A stretch of DNA of 64,000 bases from positions 51,126 to 115,125 of IMG/VR virus record IMGVR_UViG_3300009285_002342; one strand, written 5' to 3'. This DNA is from a virus. Below, piece by piece: positions 50,935-61,055 of the stretch. Made by a program: the position numbers and the translations under genes. A model generated the notes under the pieces. The model ran no database searches. It saw only the letters and a list, made by a program, of their open reading frames with translations, and was not told the DNA's origin. Numbering within the stretch: the first letter of the stretch is position 1; each line of letters opens with the position of its first letter.

Positions 50935-52323
50935 TTATGCCAATTTAACTCTTGCGAATGCGGTTTCAAGAACCGGCGCACCATCTGTCTCTTTCCTACA
51001 AAAGTATCCGTTTTGATTTGTGGCGCTATAAAGTTCTGTTACAACCTGAATTTCCATATTCAGGGCATCTGCAATCCAATATTCAGACCAGTCACCAAGA
51101 ATGCCAACATACTTTCCAGTCGTAAAGGTATTCGGCGCATATTCGGATTCCTCGTAAGGATGCCCAAGAATAGAATCATCTTCCTTATCGGAGATTCCCA
51201 TTCTCCAAAGATAATTCCCTTCGCCGTCTTTCAGCTTACGAATCATCTTTATTGCGTCCCGATGGAAACACCACCGATTAGACGGTTTAGACCGATACTG
51301 TTTCTTCAAAGACATTTCACAGTTAATCAGGCCATCTGCTGTAATCGCGGTAGTCGTATTCCCGGTAGAAACATCGCGAGCAGTAGAAATCCCCAGATCA
51401 GAAGCGGTAAAAACACCAAGCGGCTGATTCGAACCGTTTCCATTCAAGAAGGTATTTTCCTCAACGTAACCCATCTTCCTTGCGAAAGCTTTGGAAATAT
51501 AGGCAGCGATGTCGATAACCGCTACTCGAAGAAGTTTCTTGCTAACCTTAATGGATTTCGCAAGAGGATGAGGGGTCAAGGATCTCTTATCAAAGTTGAG
51601 ACTGGTATCTACACCACCGGTTAGAATTTCCGAAGTCCAGTTCAAATCCGAAAGATCGGTATCGCGGGCAGGAGCACCGAGGGAAACTGCGCTAGGAAGC
51701 GGGATAACATTCGCGTACTGTCGAACAAAAACAATGTTATCCAGTTCCTCAATAATCTGATAGACCATCTGCTCAGGCACTACAAGATAACCTCCGGATT
51801 TATCCGAGTCAACCTGAAGCGCACGAATATGCCTATCGGCATTAGCCAAAATATCTCTTGCTTCCGAACCACAAGCCGACAAACCTTCCGCTAGATAACG
51901 TTTATAGGAATCCAGATAGGGTTTTGCCGAAAAGATATTCATGTGGGACTGCCGATACCCGTCGATCATTGGTTGATACGTAGGGTTAATCCGGTATTCA
52001 ACGAAATTGCCCTTATTCCTTTGATCGGGATCGGCAGGATTCGGATCGGGCCGCGTAGGCGGAACGGTAGACTGATTGAGCAGTTTTTGCCGATCAGCCA
52101 ATTTCTGCCTACGAGTCTCAGCGTCTAGTAGGGAATCCTGCTCCCTCTTCAATGCTGTGATTTCGTCGGTGTATTTATCAAAATCCTTATCGAGATTTTG
52201 ATAAATCGTTTCCTCATCAGCGGTCAATCCCCGCTTCTCGGTGCCAGCCTTATCAAGCAGAGCCTGCTGATCGGCGACGACCTTTGCCCTTTTGTCTTTC
52301 AGTTCTTGAATCTTGTCGGCCAT
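50935..52323 (-). CDS. Major capsid protein (HK97 fold)
   Basis: GGYLVVPE, KVSKKLL, FLNGNG..QPLG, IRKLKDGEGNYLW, ILG.P; start set at MADK (AGGAG SD). Confidence 0.95.
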   Translation of the reverse strand: MADKIQELKDKRAKVVADQQALLDKAGTEKRGLTADEETIYQNLDKDFDKYTDEITALKREQDSLLDAETRRQKLADRQKLLNQSTVPPTRPDPNPADPDQRNKGNFVEYRINPTYQPMIDGYRQSHMNIFSAKPYLDSYKRYLAEGLSACGSEARDILANADRHIRALQVDSDKSGGYLVVPEQMVYQIIEELDNIVFVRQYANVIPLPSAVSLGAPARDTDLSDLNWTSEILTGGVDTSLNFDKRSLTPHPLAKSIKVSKKLLRVAVIDIAAYISKAFARKMGYVEENTFLNGNGSNQPLGVFTASDLGISTARDVSTGNTTTAITADGLINCEMSLKKQYRSKPSNRWCFHRDAIKMIRKLKDGEGNYLWRMGISDKEDDSILGHPYEESEYAPNTFTTGKYVGILGDWSEYWIADALNMEIQVVTELYSATNQNGYFCRKETDGAPVLETAFARVKLA

Positions 52324-52417
52324 TTTCTGTATTCTCCTTAATGGGTTAAAGTTTTTTTTCACATTTTGTTTCGGGCGGGTCGCCGCCTCATCTTTGATTT
52401 CCGTTTCTAAGCGTTGC

Positions 52418-52461
52418 TTTTGACGGAAAATATGTTTTCGAAAAGTAGAAGGGAATTATAA
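52418..52461 (-). promoter_or_regulatory. Candidate late promoter motif upstream of MCP
   Basis: Plus-strand TTTGA..AAAATATG.TTTCGAAAAG.A.A.GGGAATTATAA, shared with 56849-56891 and 59365-59410. Confidence 0.55.
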
Positions 52462-52463
52462 CG

Positions 52464-53372
52464 TTATCCAGTAATTTCCTTTTTCTTTAATGCTAGTTTC
52501 TTTTTCTTTAAATCGGTTTCCCAATTTCTTCCTTCCAGTTCCGCCCTTTTTGCTGCTTCCTCTTCCCGCTTCGCTTTTTCGATATCTGCCATCCGTTTTT
52601 CTTCCAACTCATCCTTCCATCCATCCATAGACCTCAATGCCACCTTCGTATCCGGGTAGGCAGGGAAGGTAACTTGGCTTCCGTCGATCAACTCCCGACA
52701 TCCACCCTTCTTTAAGGTTCTCGTAATCATTCCTTCTTCGTCTTCTTCCCAGTAATCCCCGTCACCGTTTAAACGGAAACCGAAAGAATTCCCTTTTATA
52801 TCACCACGCTCAATCGGGGATATAACCAAGTCACGAATAAGTTGCGTATCCGGAGCGATACATTCGTATCTAAGTCCCGTATCATCTTCGGAAAGTTTCA
52901 GCGTTTTCGCAGAAACCCTTCCCAAGACATAATTCGGATCATGATTAAAAAGGTCTACGGTATCGCTGGTTTTCAAGGCTTCCGCAAAAAAACCTCGTTC
53001 AATCTTTTCTCGAAATCCGCCAAGGTTCTCGGAAAGTTTACCGAACTTAGCGAAGTAACCTACGATTCGGGTAGGTTCGCCTTCTTTCTTGTCCACCCGT
53101 ACCTCGGCATCATCAAACTGAATAAACCTTCGTTCAATTTCCTCCGTAGATTCCGATTTCTTCTCTTTCTTCGTCCACTGTTTTTCGCAAACAGCATAGC
53201 ATTGATCCGAATCAGGAAATTCCTTCTGCATCGTTTCGTCGGACATGCATCGGTCAATAAACTTTTTTTTAGATTCGTCTTTCTTCGGTTTTAGCATTGG
53301 CATTTCACTACCTCTTTCCTCAATTATTTCGTGAATAATTTTTTCTTTATTTTTCATATGAATAATTTTCAT
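52464..53372 (-). CDS. HK97 prohead protease (probable start 53303)
   Basis: GYFAKF, FREKI, LFNHD...VLGR, ED..GL, SFGF, VTFPAYPDT. Confidence 0.92.
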   Translation of the reverse strand: MKIIHMKNKEKIIHEIIEERGSEMPMLKPKKDESKKKFIDRCMSDETMQKEFPDSDQCYAVCEKQWTKKEKKSESTEEIERRFIQFDDAEVRVDKKEGEPTRIVGYFAKFGKLSENLGGFREKIERGFFAEALKTSDTVDLFNHDPNYVLGRVSAKTLKLSEDDTGLRYECIAPDTQLIRDLVISPIERGDIKGNSFGFRLNGDGDYWEEDEEGMITRTLKKGGCRELIDGSQVTFPAYPDTKVALRSMDGWKDELEEKRMADIEKAKREEEAAKRAELEGRNWETDLKKKKLALKKKEITG

Positions 53373-54088
53373 CTTTTTGATTCCTTTATTTTCATAGCAT
53401 CAATAAACCCATATTTATGCCGGGTAATAATTTCTTCTGGAACACCATTATTTCTAGCAAGACAATTCATAATTTTCTTTCGTTCAAAATTATCAAACTT
53501 TTCTGAATATGGAATTTGAGAAAAAAGCAAAATTACATCCCTATCAATATATGGGAGCAAAACTTTAACATTACCAGAATTCTTATGAAGAGGTTCAAGT
53601 TGTTCCTTCTGAAGTCTCCGCATATAATCATAATAGACTTCTTCGGTTGGGTTTTTCATGTGATCGTAGTATCCGCCCATAAATTCATCTACGCCATCAC
53701 AACAAATTATTCTATCGATTCCCTTCCTGCTCAAACATCGGAAAAATTCTCTGACGTTTTCGTCCCCTTCAAAATCACATTCTTCTTTTTTTAACGGTCG
53801 ATTTGGAACCCAATGAAGTAAATCAACTTTAAAATGGTCAGCGGCCATCTGTGAATAAATATAATCAGGATGACTTGCGTTTAATGCAATATTAAAGCAA
53901 TGAATATCCTCCTTACGGAAAACTTTTAGCATCAAAGCGAGCATTGTTGTAGAATCGACTCCGCCAGATAAGGCAAGATTCCGACATTTCAATCTATAAA
54001 GAACGGCCAGAATAGAATCTTCTATCTGTTCAATTGATATAGCGCAACCGATTTCCGGCCAATATGACGGATAGATAATCATTACCAT
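53369..54088 (-). CDS. Asparagine-synthase-like ATP pyrophosphatase domain (no glutaminase domain)
   Basis: LALSGGVDST, DGVDEFMGGY, PYID, VPEEIITRHKYGF. Confidence 0.75.
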   Translation of the reverse strand: MVMIIYPSYWPEIGCAISIEQIEDSILAVLYRLKCRNLALSGGVDSTTMLALMLKVFRKEDIHCFNIALNASHPDYIYSQMAADHFKVDLLHWVPNRPLKKEECDFEGDENVREFFRCLSRKGIDRIICCDGVDEFMGGYYDHMKNPTEEVYYDYMRRLQKEQLEPLHKNSGNVKVLLPYIDRDVILLFSQIPYSEKFDNFERKKIMNCLARNNGVPEEIITRHKYGFIDAMKIKESKR

Positions 54089-54607
54089 TCCTTAGATTTT
54101 TGTTTATAAGTCATTCCAGCAGACATTTTCTTCGGAACAATATCGTTTTCTTTTGCCTGTTCATCGCTCCAACAAATTTCTTGCGTTTCTTCTAAACCAC
54201 TAATAATATGAAAAATTCCTTCTTTTACTTTTTTATTGCCTATTTGCACTACTCCGTTTTTTACCAAAATATGTTCTTGTTTGAACAAATTTCCTAAATG
54301 GTCATACACAAAACAATGGTGTATTGTTTCATTACCTTTTTCGTCAATTTCAATATGATGGAGAAGATATTCAAAATCTTCAATTGGTTTTGAATCCATC
54401 GGCATCGTCTTATCCCCTTTTGCGGCTTATTTTTATTGGTTTATCTTTTATTCGCAGCTCAACCGGTGAATCCGACATAGGCGGTAACGAAGGTTTAAAA
54501 ATCATATCTTTCGGATGAGCAATTGTGTTTTTCGCTAAAAGTTGTTTCAGCAAATTTTCAATAGAAGTTAATTTTTCTATCATTTCTATAAAATATTGAT
54601 CGTTCAT
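54082..54607 (-). other. Two small hypothetical ORFs (54082-54405, 54410-54607)
   Basis: Lie between portal and the Asn-synthase-like gene. Confidence 0.45.
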
Positions 54608-54617
54608 ATTTCCTCCT

Positions 54618-56606
54618 TTAGACTATCGACACGATACAGTTACAACCACGATGTAGTGGGGGATGTTGCATATTGCCTTGAATTTTTAAAATTCCATGTT
54701 TTTCGGAATTTATTTCATCCCCCTTTTCCAGAAAATATTCCCCTTTACGGAGTTTCTTCCCGTTCATAGATTGACAATACTCACACGAACCTTTCGGTGT
54801 CCGCCACACTATTTCGTACCCATTATCGAAAAATACCGTAGACGCTATCGCGTTACCTAACCTTACGGTTTCTTCGTTTGCTATTTTATTCGGCCGTTTC
54901 TTTTCCCATTCGTCTACCCGTTTCGTTATCGCTTCCGCCGGATTATCGGTTTTTACTAAGGCGTTAATTTGTCCCAAACTTCTTCCGATATGCCTTTTTA
55001 CATACGTTTCTAAATATTCCGTTAGAAATCTTTCATTCTCTTTGACTTCTTCTAATCCGATTTCGGCAGAAGCCTGAAAAGACATTTGTTCCACGTAGCT
55101 GCGGACTACCGGAGAGATTTTTTCTTTTACGAAATCACCTAAATTTTCATAAAAGTCTTCAAGCCAAATCCGGAATTCGTTAATCGTTCGTTTCTTTAAT
55201 GCCTTCTTTATAGATAGACCTTCACGATTCACGATTTTTTGCGCTGCGTCTACAAACAACGGGCGATAGGCTTTAAACAGACGTTCGCGGGAAATAAAAA
55301 CCTTAGAAGTCCGCATTTCAATACTTTTTTCTTCATCTTCGGCTGGTTCCGGTTCTTTCTTTTTATCTTGCTGAAGTTTATTCGCTTCTTCGGCTTGATC
55401 CGCCGGAATCATATTTAAAGGGATAAGGTAAATGTCGCCTTGCGGTCCTATAGAATTTTTATTTTCCATCTCCCTTACGTCATTCGCGCTATAATAGCCC
55501 CACTGTCTCCCTACAGCGTAAGCTGCATGTCTCGTCTTTGTATCGCCCCTTAGTAATCCATCAACTAAATGTTCAAAAAAATATTTTTTCTGTTCTTTTT
55601 CGGAAAGAAGTTGTAGCGTGTAATTTTGTTCTAATCGTACTAACCACGCCATTAATGTGTAAGTTACAAACTCATGCCCTTGAAATTCTATGTTGTTGTT
55701 CGTCGCACGATCAAGGTTCTTTAGCATATGAACAGGCATGTTAAAGATACGGGCGACTTCTTCTACCTGAAATTTACGGGTTTCTAAAGATTGCGCCTTT
55801 TGTGGATTAGATTCAAATTCGTGAAGTTTCATTCCTTCTTCAAGAATCGCAATTCTATGCGAACGCTCTAATCCTTCGTGAATTTTATTCCAATTTTCCC
55901 GTAAACGGTCTTGTGCTTCTTGGCTAAGTTGTTCCGGATGTTCTAATACTCCTCCCGGTAAAGCACCATTACCGAAAAATCTTGCCCCGTATTCTTCTAC
56001 CGCTAAAGTTAAAGCGATGGGTTCTTGCCCGATCTTTACGGCGTTATAACCGGTAAGCCCGTTAGGTGAAAATCCAGGGACACGTAAAATCCGGCTTCCG
56101 TCTAGTGTTTTCTGTTTCCCGCTAGGAAGAGTTAAAACATAAACTAATTGATCTAGCATCCTTGTCGGATAAACATCTTTAGATAGTAAGGGCCATAATC
56201 CTATTATCCTTCCGTTACCGTCTATTTCTTTTTCTGCATAGCATGTCCCAAAACGAAGAACCTGACCCATCTGCTGCTCCCGAAAAGCCATAGAAGTCAT
56301 CTCAGGATTCGGAGAAATATGTAGAAGGCGATAAACAGGATGATTAGAAGCGCGGACCTTACCTCGATCCTGGCGCTTATAAAGATGTAACGGAAGAGAA
56401 GCGACGGCTTGCGAAAGCTGAAGAACAGCGGACCAAACAGCAGAAGCGGCTAAGGCGCTTTCTTCGTCAATTATCTTCCCAGTGTAAGAAATATTTCCGC
56501 CCAACCAATGTTTCGTATCTGGATCTTTCGCTAATTCAGAAGGCCACTTCGCCGGGTGCCACCGTGTTTCTGCGATATTTTGTGCTGCTCTCGCTAGATA
56601 GCCCAT
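54618..56606 (-). CDS. HK97 portal protein with C-terminal MuF-like domain
   Basis: SLPLHLY, PNPEMT, FFGNGA.PGGVL, ILEEGM, VARIF; C-terminal CEYC..HPPLHRGCNC. Confidence 0.93.
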   Translation of the reverse strand: MGYLARAAQNIAETRWHPAKWPSELAKDPDTKHWLGGNISYTGKIIDEESALAASAVWSAVLQLSQAVASLPLHLYKRQDRGKVRASNHPVYRLLHISPNPEMTSMAFREQQMGQVLRFGTCYAEKEIDGNGRIIGLWPLLSKDVYPTRMLDQLVYVLTLPSGKQKTLDGSRILRVPGFSPNGLTGYNAVKIGQEPIALTLAVEEYGARFFGNGALPGGVLEHPEQLSQEAQDRLRENWNKIHEGLERSHRIAILEEGMKLHEFESNPQKAQSLETRKFQVEEVARIFNMPVHMLKNLDRATNNNIEFQGHEFVTYTLMAWLVRLEQNYTLQLLSEKEQKKYFFEHLVDGLLRGDTKTRHAAYAVGRQWGYYSANDVREMENKNSIGPQGDIYLIPLNMIPADQAEEANKLQQDKKKEPEPAEDEEKSIEMRTSKVFISRERLFKAYRPLFVDAAQKIVNREGLSIKKALKKRTINEFRIWLEDFYENLGDFVKEKISPVVRSYVEQMSFQASAEIGLEEVKENERFLTEYLETYVKRHIGRSLGQINALVKTDNPAEAITKRVDEWEKKRPNKIANEETVRLGNAIASTVFFDNGYEIVWRTPKGSCEYCQSMNGKKLRKGEYFLEKGDEINSEKHGILKIQGNMQHPPLHRGCNCIVSIV

Positions 56607-56609
56607 TGA

Positions 56610-56819
56610 TTATCCGATCCGTTGCTTTGGTTTCGCTCCGGCTAAAGCGGAAATTACAAAAATTACCGAACCAACAACGATATAGGCCAGAAATGGTCGC
56701 CACTGATACAGACCGTAGAAAACCATTCCTAATCCAAATAGCCCAACGATATCGGATAGATCAAATGTTCTTCCGCACCAATTAAATAGCGAAAGTACGG
56801 CGTTACCGAACGCTTTCAT
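56610..56819 (-). CDS. Small membrane protein preceding the portal
   Basis: Two TM helices. Confidence 0.6.
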   Translation of the reverse strand: MKAFGNAVLSLFNWCGRTFDLSDIVGLFGLGMVFYGLYQWRPFLAYIVVGSVIFVISALAGAKPKQRIG

Positions 56820-56848
56820 ATAAGTCTCCTTTGCGCAAAGGAAAATGC

Positions 56849-56891
56849 CTTTGATAAAAATATGATTTCGAAAAGAATAGGGGAATTATAA
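56849..56891 (-). promoter_or_regulatory. Candidate late promoter motif upstream of the portal operon
   Basis: Matches 52418-52461. Confidence 0.55.
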
Positions 56892-56910
56892 TAGAAAGGC
56901 GATTTGAGGA

Positions 56911-56945
56911 AATAAAAACCCGTATCGGAATTAACTGATACGGGT
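56911..56945 (-). terminator. Rho-independent terminator after terL
   Basis: ACCCGTATCAG-TTAATT-CCGATACGGGT-TTTTATTT on the minus strand. Confidence 0.75.
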
Positions 56946-56970
56946 AAATTAAATAATATGTTTTGATTTT

Positions 56971-58806
56971 TTACACCGATGCAAATCCCCGCGTTTCATA
57001 AACCGATTTAGGTTTTACGGGTTCGGTAGGTCGCAAGATTCGATCTAATGATAATAGTAAAGCGATGATTCCATCAATTTTTCCTTGGGATGTGCTCTTG
57101 TCAGGTTTTTTACCGCCGGAAGGATCAACCTTAACCGAAACATTATCTGCCATCCACCTCAGTACAGGATTTGCTCCATGATTTATCTGTTTCTGTTTCA
57201 GTCGCCTTTCTAACTCAAGAGTTAACGGAGTCATCGATTTAAATCCCATTCCACAAGGCGCTACTTTAGGTTTATCTTCCGTACCTCCTAATTGTGAATC
57301 TAATTTGGATGCAAATTCATAACCTTGGAAAAGTCGGTCAATCGCAATCGAATCTATTTTGAACTTCTTTGCATCCTCGTAGATTTGTTCCCTAATAAAA
57401 TCGTAATCAACGACATTGCCAGGAGTTGTTTTAAGAAATCCTTGCCGGACCCAGGCTTGATAAAATTCTTTGTATCGATTTTCCTTTTCGTACAATCTTG
57501 CTTCAGGACACCAACATCTCATTATTACGTCTAACTTTTGAGAACCATCGTCCCTAGGAAAGACCATAACCCAAGGCGTTAAATCTAAAGTCGCGGCAAT
57601 ATCTATTCCGCCATAACAAACCCTTCCTTTCAATTTTTCTTCGTCAATCTCATTAGAATAATTCCCGTCCCAAAGATCCAAGGAAATCCATCGGGAAAAC
57701 TGTCCAGTCCAAACCGACATTTTCTTAGTGAGAAAATTGTTTAAAGCCGCCGGCGTTTCTTTTGCGTAAGCGGCCTCTTCCCTAATTTTCTCAATCTTCG
57801 TCATGTATCCCGGTAATGGATTTCCTTCGGCGTCTATTCCGTACCTTTCGCCGCTTTTAGAAATGCCCAATATTCCAGGATTCGCCTTTACCCAATTATC
57901 CTCATCCTCCCAATCATCCTCCAACTTTCCGGAAGTATCATTTTTATGTTCTTCGGGAGTTTGCAGTTCCGGCCAATCCGCCTTCCGATCTAAGGTGTAA
58001 ACGATTCCAAAAAAGCTATCGTCCTCTATTACCTTTTTCAGAATTCTCGTAAGATAATCACGGCGCTGAAAACAAACTCCGGTTTGATTAAATCCAGCGG
58101 TAGTGATAATGAGAATTAACGGTTCCAATCTAGCGCCAGTAGAATCGCAAAGTAAATCGTGAACTTCGGGGGTAGGATGAGCGTGCAGTTCGTCTAAGAC
58201 GCCGAAGTACGTATCTAAACCGTCCATCGATTTTGTATCCGCAGATAACGGTTCGCACTTACTCCATGTCTGCTCTATCGAAAGATTATGACGATGATAA
58301 GTGATGTGTTCCGCGAAAGGGGTATTCTTCGTGAGGTTTTGGATATTAGTCCAAACGATTTTCGCTTGTTCGCTTTTTACTGCTGCGCAATATATTTCGG
58401 CTCCATGCTCATTCGTACCCAAAAACATAAAAGCGCCGCAACCACCGGCTATCGTGGACTTTGAAGATTTTCTCGCGACTTCTACATACCCTATCCGAAA
58501 CCGTCTAGTTCCGTCCTTCCGTTTCCACCCGAATAGGGAAGAAACAATAAATTGAAAATGCGGAGCAAGAGAAAAAGGTTTCCCTTGATACTCCTTACCT
58601 TTCCACAGCCGAAGTTGACCGAAAAATTGTAGTACACGGTCAGCCTCGGCGTAATCGAACCATAATCCCCTTTTCCCGCCTTCTTTAAGGTCATCCTTAT
58701 GACGCTGACAAGCCAGTTTTACCCAACGACAAGCGGTTATCTCTCCGTTTAAAACTTGCTCTACATATTCGTCTGCGGGATGAAGGGGTTTATCCCCCCG
58801 TCTCAC
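56971..58806 (-). CDS. terL: Terminase large subunit
   Basis: RRFR..YVEVARKSSKS, LDELH, ITTAG, GGID, KIDGI.ALL. Confidence 0.95.
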   Translation of the reverse strand: MRRGDKPLHPADEYVEQVLNGEITACRWVKLACQRHKDDLKEGGKRGLWFDYAEADRVLQFFGQLRLWKGKEYQGKPFSLAPHFQFIVSSLFGWKRKDGTRRFRIGYVEVARKSSKSTIAGGCGAFMFLGTNEHGAEIYCAAVKSEQAKIVWTNIQNLTKNTPFAEHITYHRHNLSIEQTWSKCEPLSADTKSMDGLDTYFGVLDELHAHPTPEVHDLLCDSTGARLEPLILIITTAGFNQTGVCFQRRDYLTRILKKVIEDDSFFGIVYTLDRKADWPELQTPEEHKNDTSGKLEDDWEDEDNWVKANPGILGISKSGERYGIDAEGNPLPGYMTKIEKIREEAAYAKETPAALNNFLTKKMSVWTGQFSRWISLDLWDGNYSNEIDEEKLKGRVCYGGIDIAATLDLTPWVMVFPRDDGSQKLDVIMRCWCPEARLYEKENRYKEFYQAWVRQGFLKTTPGNVVDYDFIREQIYEDAKKFKIDSIAIDRLFQGYEFASKLDSQLGGTEDKPKVAPCGMGFKSMTPLTLELERRLKQKQINHGANPVLRWMADNVSVKVDPSGGKKPDKSTSQGKIDGIIALLLSLDRILRPTEPVKPKSVYETRGFASV

Positions 58807-59342
58807 TTAATCCTCCTCAATCCCGGCATTAGATTGTCTAAATCTGTTTCTTTCGGTTTATCCGGCTGTTTCGTTTTAACACGGGTAGCGGAAGCGGGAG
58901 TCATTCCGAATTCGATCATAAATTGTCGCATAACAGCGGAAGATTCCAATTGTATTTTCCACCACGGCGACTGAATCGGAAAACCTTTCGCTCCGATCAT
59001 AACCGGGCCGTCTTCCTTCATTTTGTCTGCCGCATGTACCCAACTCGCATACGCCATACAATACACTTCGAAAGCGGCTAAGGCGGCATTATCCAAAAGG
59101 CCTTGCTCAATGAGTTGCGGAACCATTCTATTCCATTCTGCCCTTCCTACTTCGTTTAATGTCTTAGGCGCGGGAACCATTCCTTTAGGTTTAGCGAAGT
59201 GCGCACCTTCCGCTTCTTCCTTTTTGTAATCTTTGCCGTGCGATGGATAACCTTTGAGTTTATGCAAACCCGCCGGAAGTCTCGGTCTACCTGCGCCTTT
59301 ACCTCTCGCTGCACTTTTACCGCCGCCTCTTGAAAAACTCAT
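58803..59342 (-). CDS. terS: Terminase small subunit, P27 family
   Basis: P..L....EW.R....L, YC..Y, QSP, EFGMTPAS. Confidence 0.9.
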   Translation of the reverse strand: MSFSRGGGKSAARGKGAGRPRLPAGLHKLKGYPSHGKDYKKEEAEGAHFAKPKGMVPAPKTLNEVGRAEWNRMVPQLIEQGLLDNAALAAFEVYCMAYASWVHAADKMKEDGPVMIGAKGFPIQSPWWKIQLESSAVMRQFMIEFGMTPASATRVKTKQPDKPKETDLDNLMPGLRRIK

Positions 59343-59364
59343 GATAATTCTCCTTTCGATTAAT

Positions 59365-59410
59365 TTTGATAAAAAATAAAGGTTTTACGTAAATTAAGAG
59401 GGGAATATAA
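59365..59410 (-). promoter_or_regulatory. Candidate late promoter motif upstream of terS
   Basis: Degenerate third copy of the motif. Confidence 0.45.
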
Positions 59411-59519
59411 CCGATTTTTATTAAATTAGGGGGATTTTTGAAAGAAATTTTTCTTTAACTTTTTCGTTGCGGCGTCTATAATATATAAGTAACTTATTTT
59501 AAAACTTTTTAGGAAAAAT

Positions 59520-60671
59520 ATGAGAAAGACATTCAAATACAAGGTAAAGATCAATGAAAAAACAGAGGCAAATTGTCTTGATTGGTTAGATAAATGCCGT
59601 ACTCTTTACAATCTTTGTCTTGAACAACGTATAATTTATTGGAATCAATGGAAGAAAAATATTTCTTATTACGAGCAAAAAAGAGAACTCCCGTTTTTTA
59701 AAAAGGAATTTCCAGAATATAAAAATATAAGTGCGCAAACTCTTCAAAGCGTTATAGAAAGATTAGATAAAACGTATCAAAATTTTTTTCGCAAAATCAA
59801 AAAAAGCGAAAAAACAGGTTTCCCAAGATTTAAAGGTAAAGATAGATATGATTCTTTTATATTACAACAAACTGGTTGGAAATTAGAAGGTAGATATCTT
59901 TATATTAAAAATGTTGGAAGGTTTAAACTTTTTCTTTCTAGACCGATTGAGGGAAAAATAAAGACCGTTACAATAAAGAAAACAAATACAAATCAATGGT
60001 TTGTTAGTTTTTCTTGCGATGAAGTTGTTCCAAATCATTTTTGGAAACCTAAAAAAGAAGATGTGGGAATTGATGTAGGCTTAAAAGTCTTTTTAGCTGA
60101 TTCCGAAGGAAATAAAGTTAAAAATCCTAGATTTTTTAAAAAATCAGAAAGGGAATTAAGAGTAAAACAAAGATCATTAAGCAGGAAAAAGAAAGGTTCT
60201 ATTCGAAGGCGAAAAAACAGGTTATCAGTAGCAAAAACTCATGAAAAAATATCTAATCAAAGAATCGATTTTGTCAATAAATTAGTCTTTGATTATGTCT
60301 CAAGGTATAAAAATATTTTTATAGAAGATCTAAATATCAAGAAGATGGTTTCCGAAAAACAATTCAGTAAGTCAATTTCTGATGTTTCTTGGGGTTTATT
60401 TTTTAATAAGTTACAAGTCAAAGCGGCAGAAGCTGGACGTGTAGTTATTAAAGTTAATCCTAAGAATACAAGTCAAAGATGTTCAAGTTGCGACTGTATC
60501 GTACCGAAAGATTTATCCGTAAGGATACATAAATGTGATTGCGGTTTGGTTTTGGACAGAGACGTTAATGCCGCAATCAATATATTGAAGTTAGGTCGGG
60601 CAGACCTATCGGGCGTTAAGTCGGCGGGTACGTCGATTAGCCCGAAGATATCCAGATTCACTAGAGGATAA
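59520..60671 (+). mobile_element. tnpB: IS200/IS605-family TnpB RNA-guided nuclease, no TnpA
   Basis: GFPRFK, GIDVG, IEDL, TSQRCSSC, DRDVNAAINI; RuvC D/E/D intact. Confidence 0.93.
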
Positions 60672-60677
60672 TGCCAA
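60594..60677 (+). ncRNA. Putative 3' part of the omegaRNA scaffold / right end
   Basis: Hairpins AGGTC..GACCT, TCGGGC..GCCCGA and TATCC..GGATA overlap the tnpB 3' end, ending ..TGCCAA. Confidence 0.5.
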
Positions 60678-60752
60678 ACCTATAAAACAGAAACCCTTCC
60701 GATAGCGACTTCTGTACCGGAAGGGGATTTAAAAAAACCGATTTACCTGATG

Positions 60753-61055
60753 TCAACCCAAAGCCTTCTCCAACTGCTCGATTTCAGATTCCAAACTCCT
60801 CCGTTTCTCATCCGGTGTAGCGATAGCCTCTCTCCGTGCCTTCGCGGTTTTCAGCCTTCGCTGCAATTCGACTCGGTTCCGTTTCGTGATTTCCGCCGAA
60901 ACCAACGACAGCTTATCGATCACCCAATCGGGCGTTTGGATACTGATCGCCTGGCATTCCGCATCAATAGCTTTAAGGTTAATCTTCGCCAGAATCAAAT
61001 CCTCCATAATGTCCACGTCTTCCGTTAAAAGTGATTTCAACTGTTTTGCGTTCAT
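60753..61055 (-). CDS. Coiled-coil protein in the Ro60 operon
   Basis: P.W motif and LK.AKARREA..T.DEKR heptads. Confidence 0.6.
   Translation of the reverse strand: MNAKQLKSLLTEDVDIMEDLILAKINLKAIDAECQAISIQTPDWVIDKLSLVSAEITKRNRVELQRRLKTAKARREAIATPDEKRRSLESEIEQLEKALG

Noticed and set aside
53369-54088. QueC / 7-deazaguanine pathway
   Set aside because: Lacks the QueC C-terminal Cys cluster and has the Asn-synthase DE..GGY motif; no FolE, QueD or DpdA seen.
1181-59229. Numerous plus-strand ORFs in the track
   Set aside because: They are antisense shadows of well-supported minus-strand genes with no recognisable motifs.
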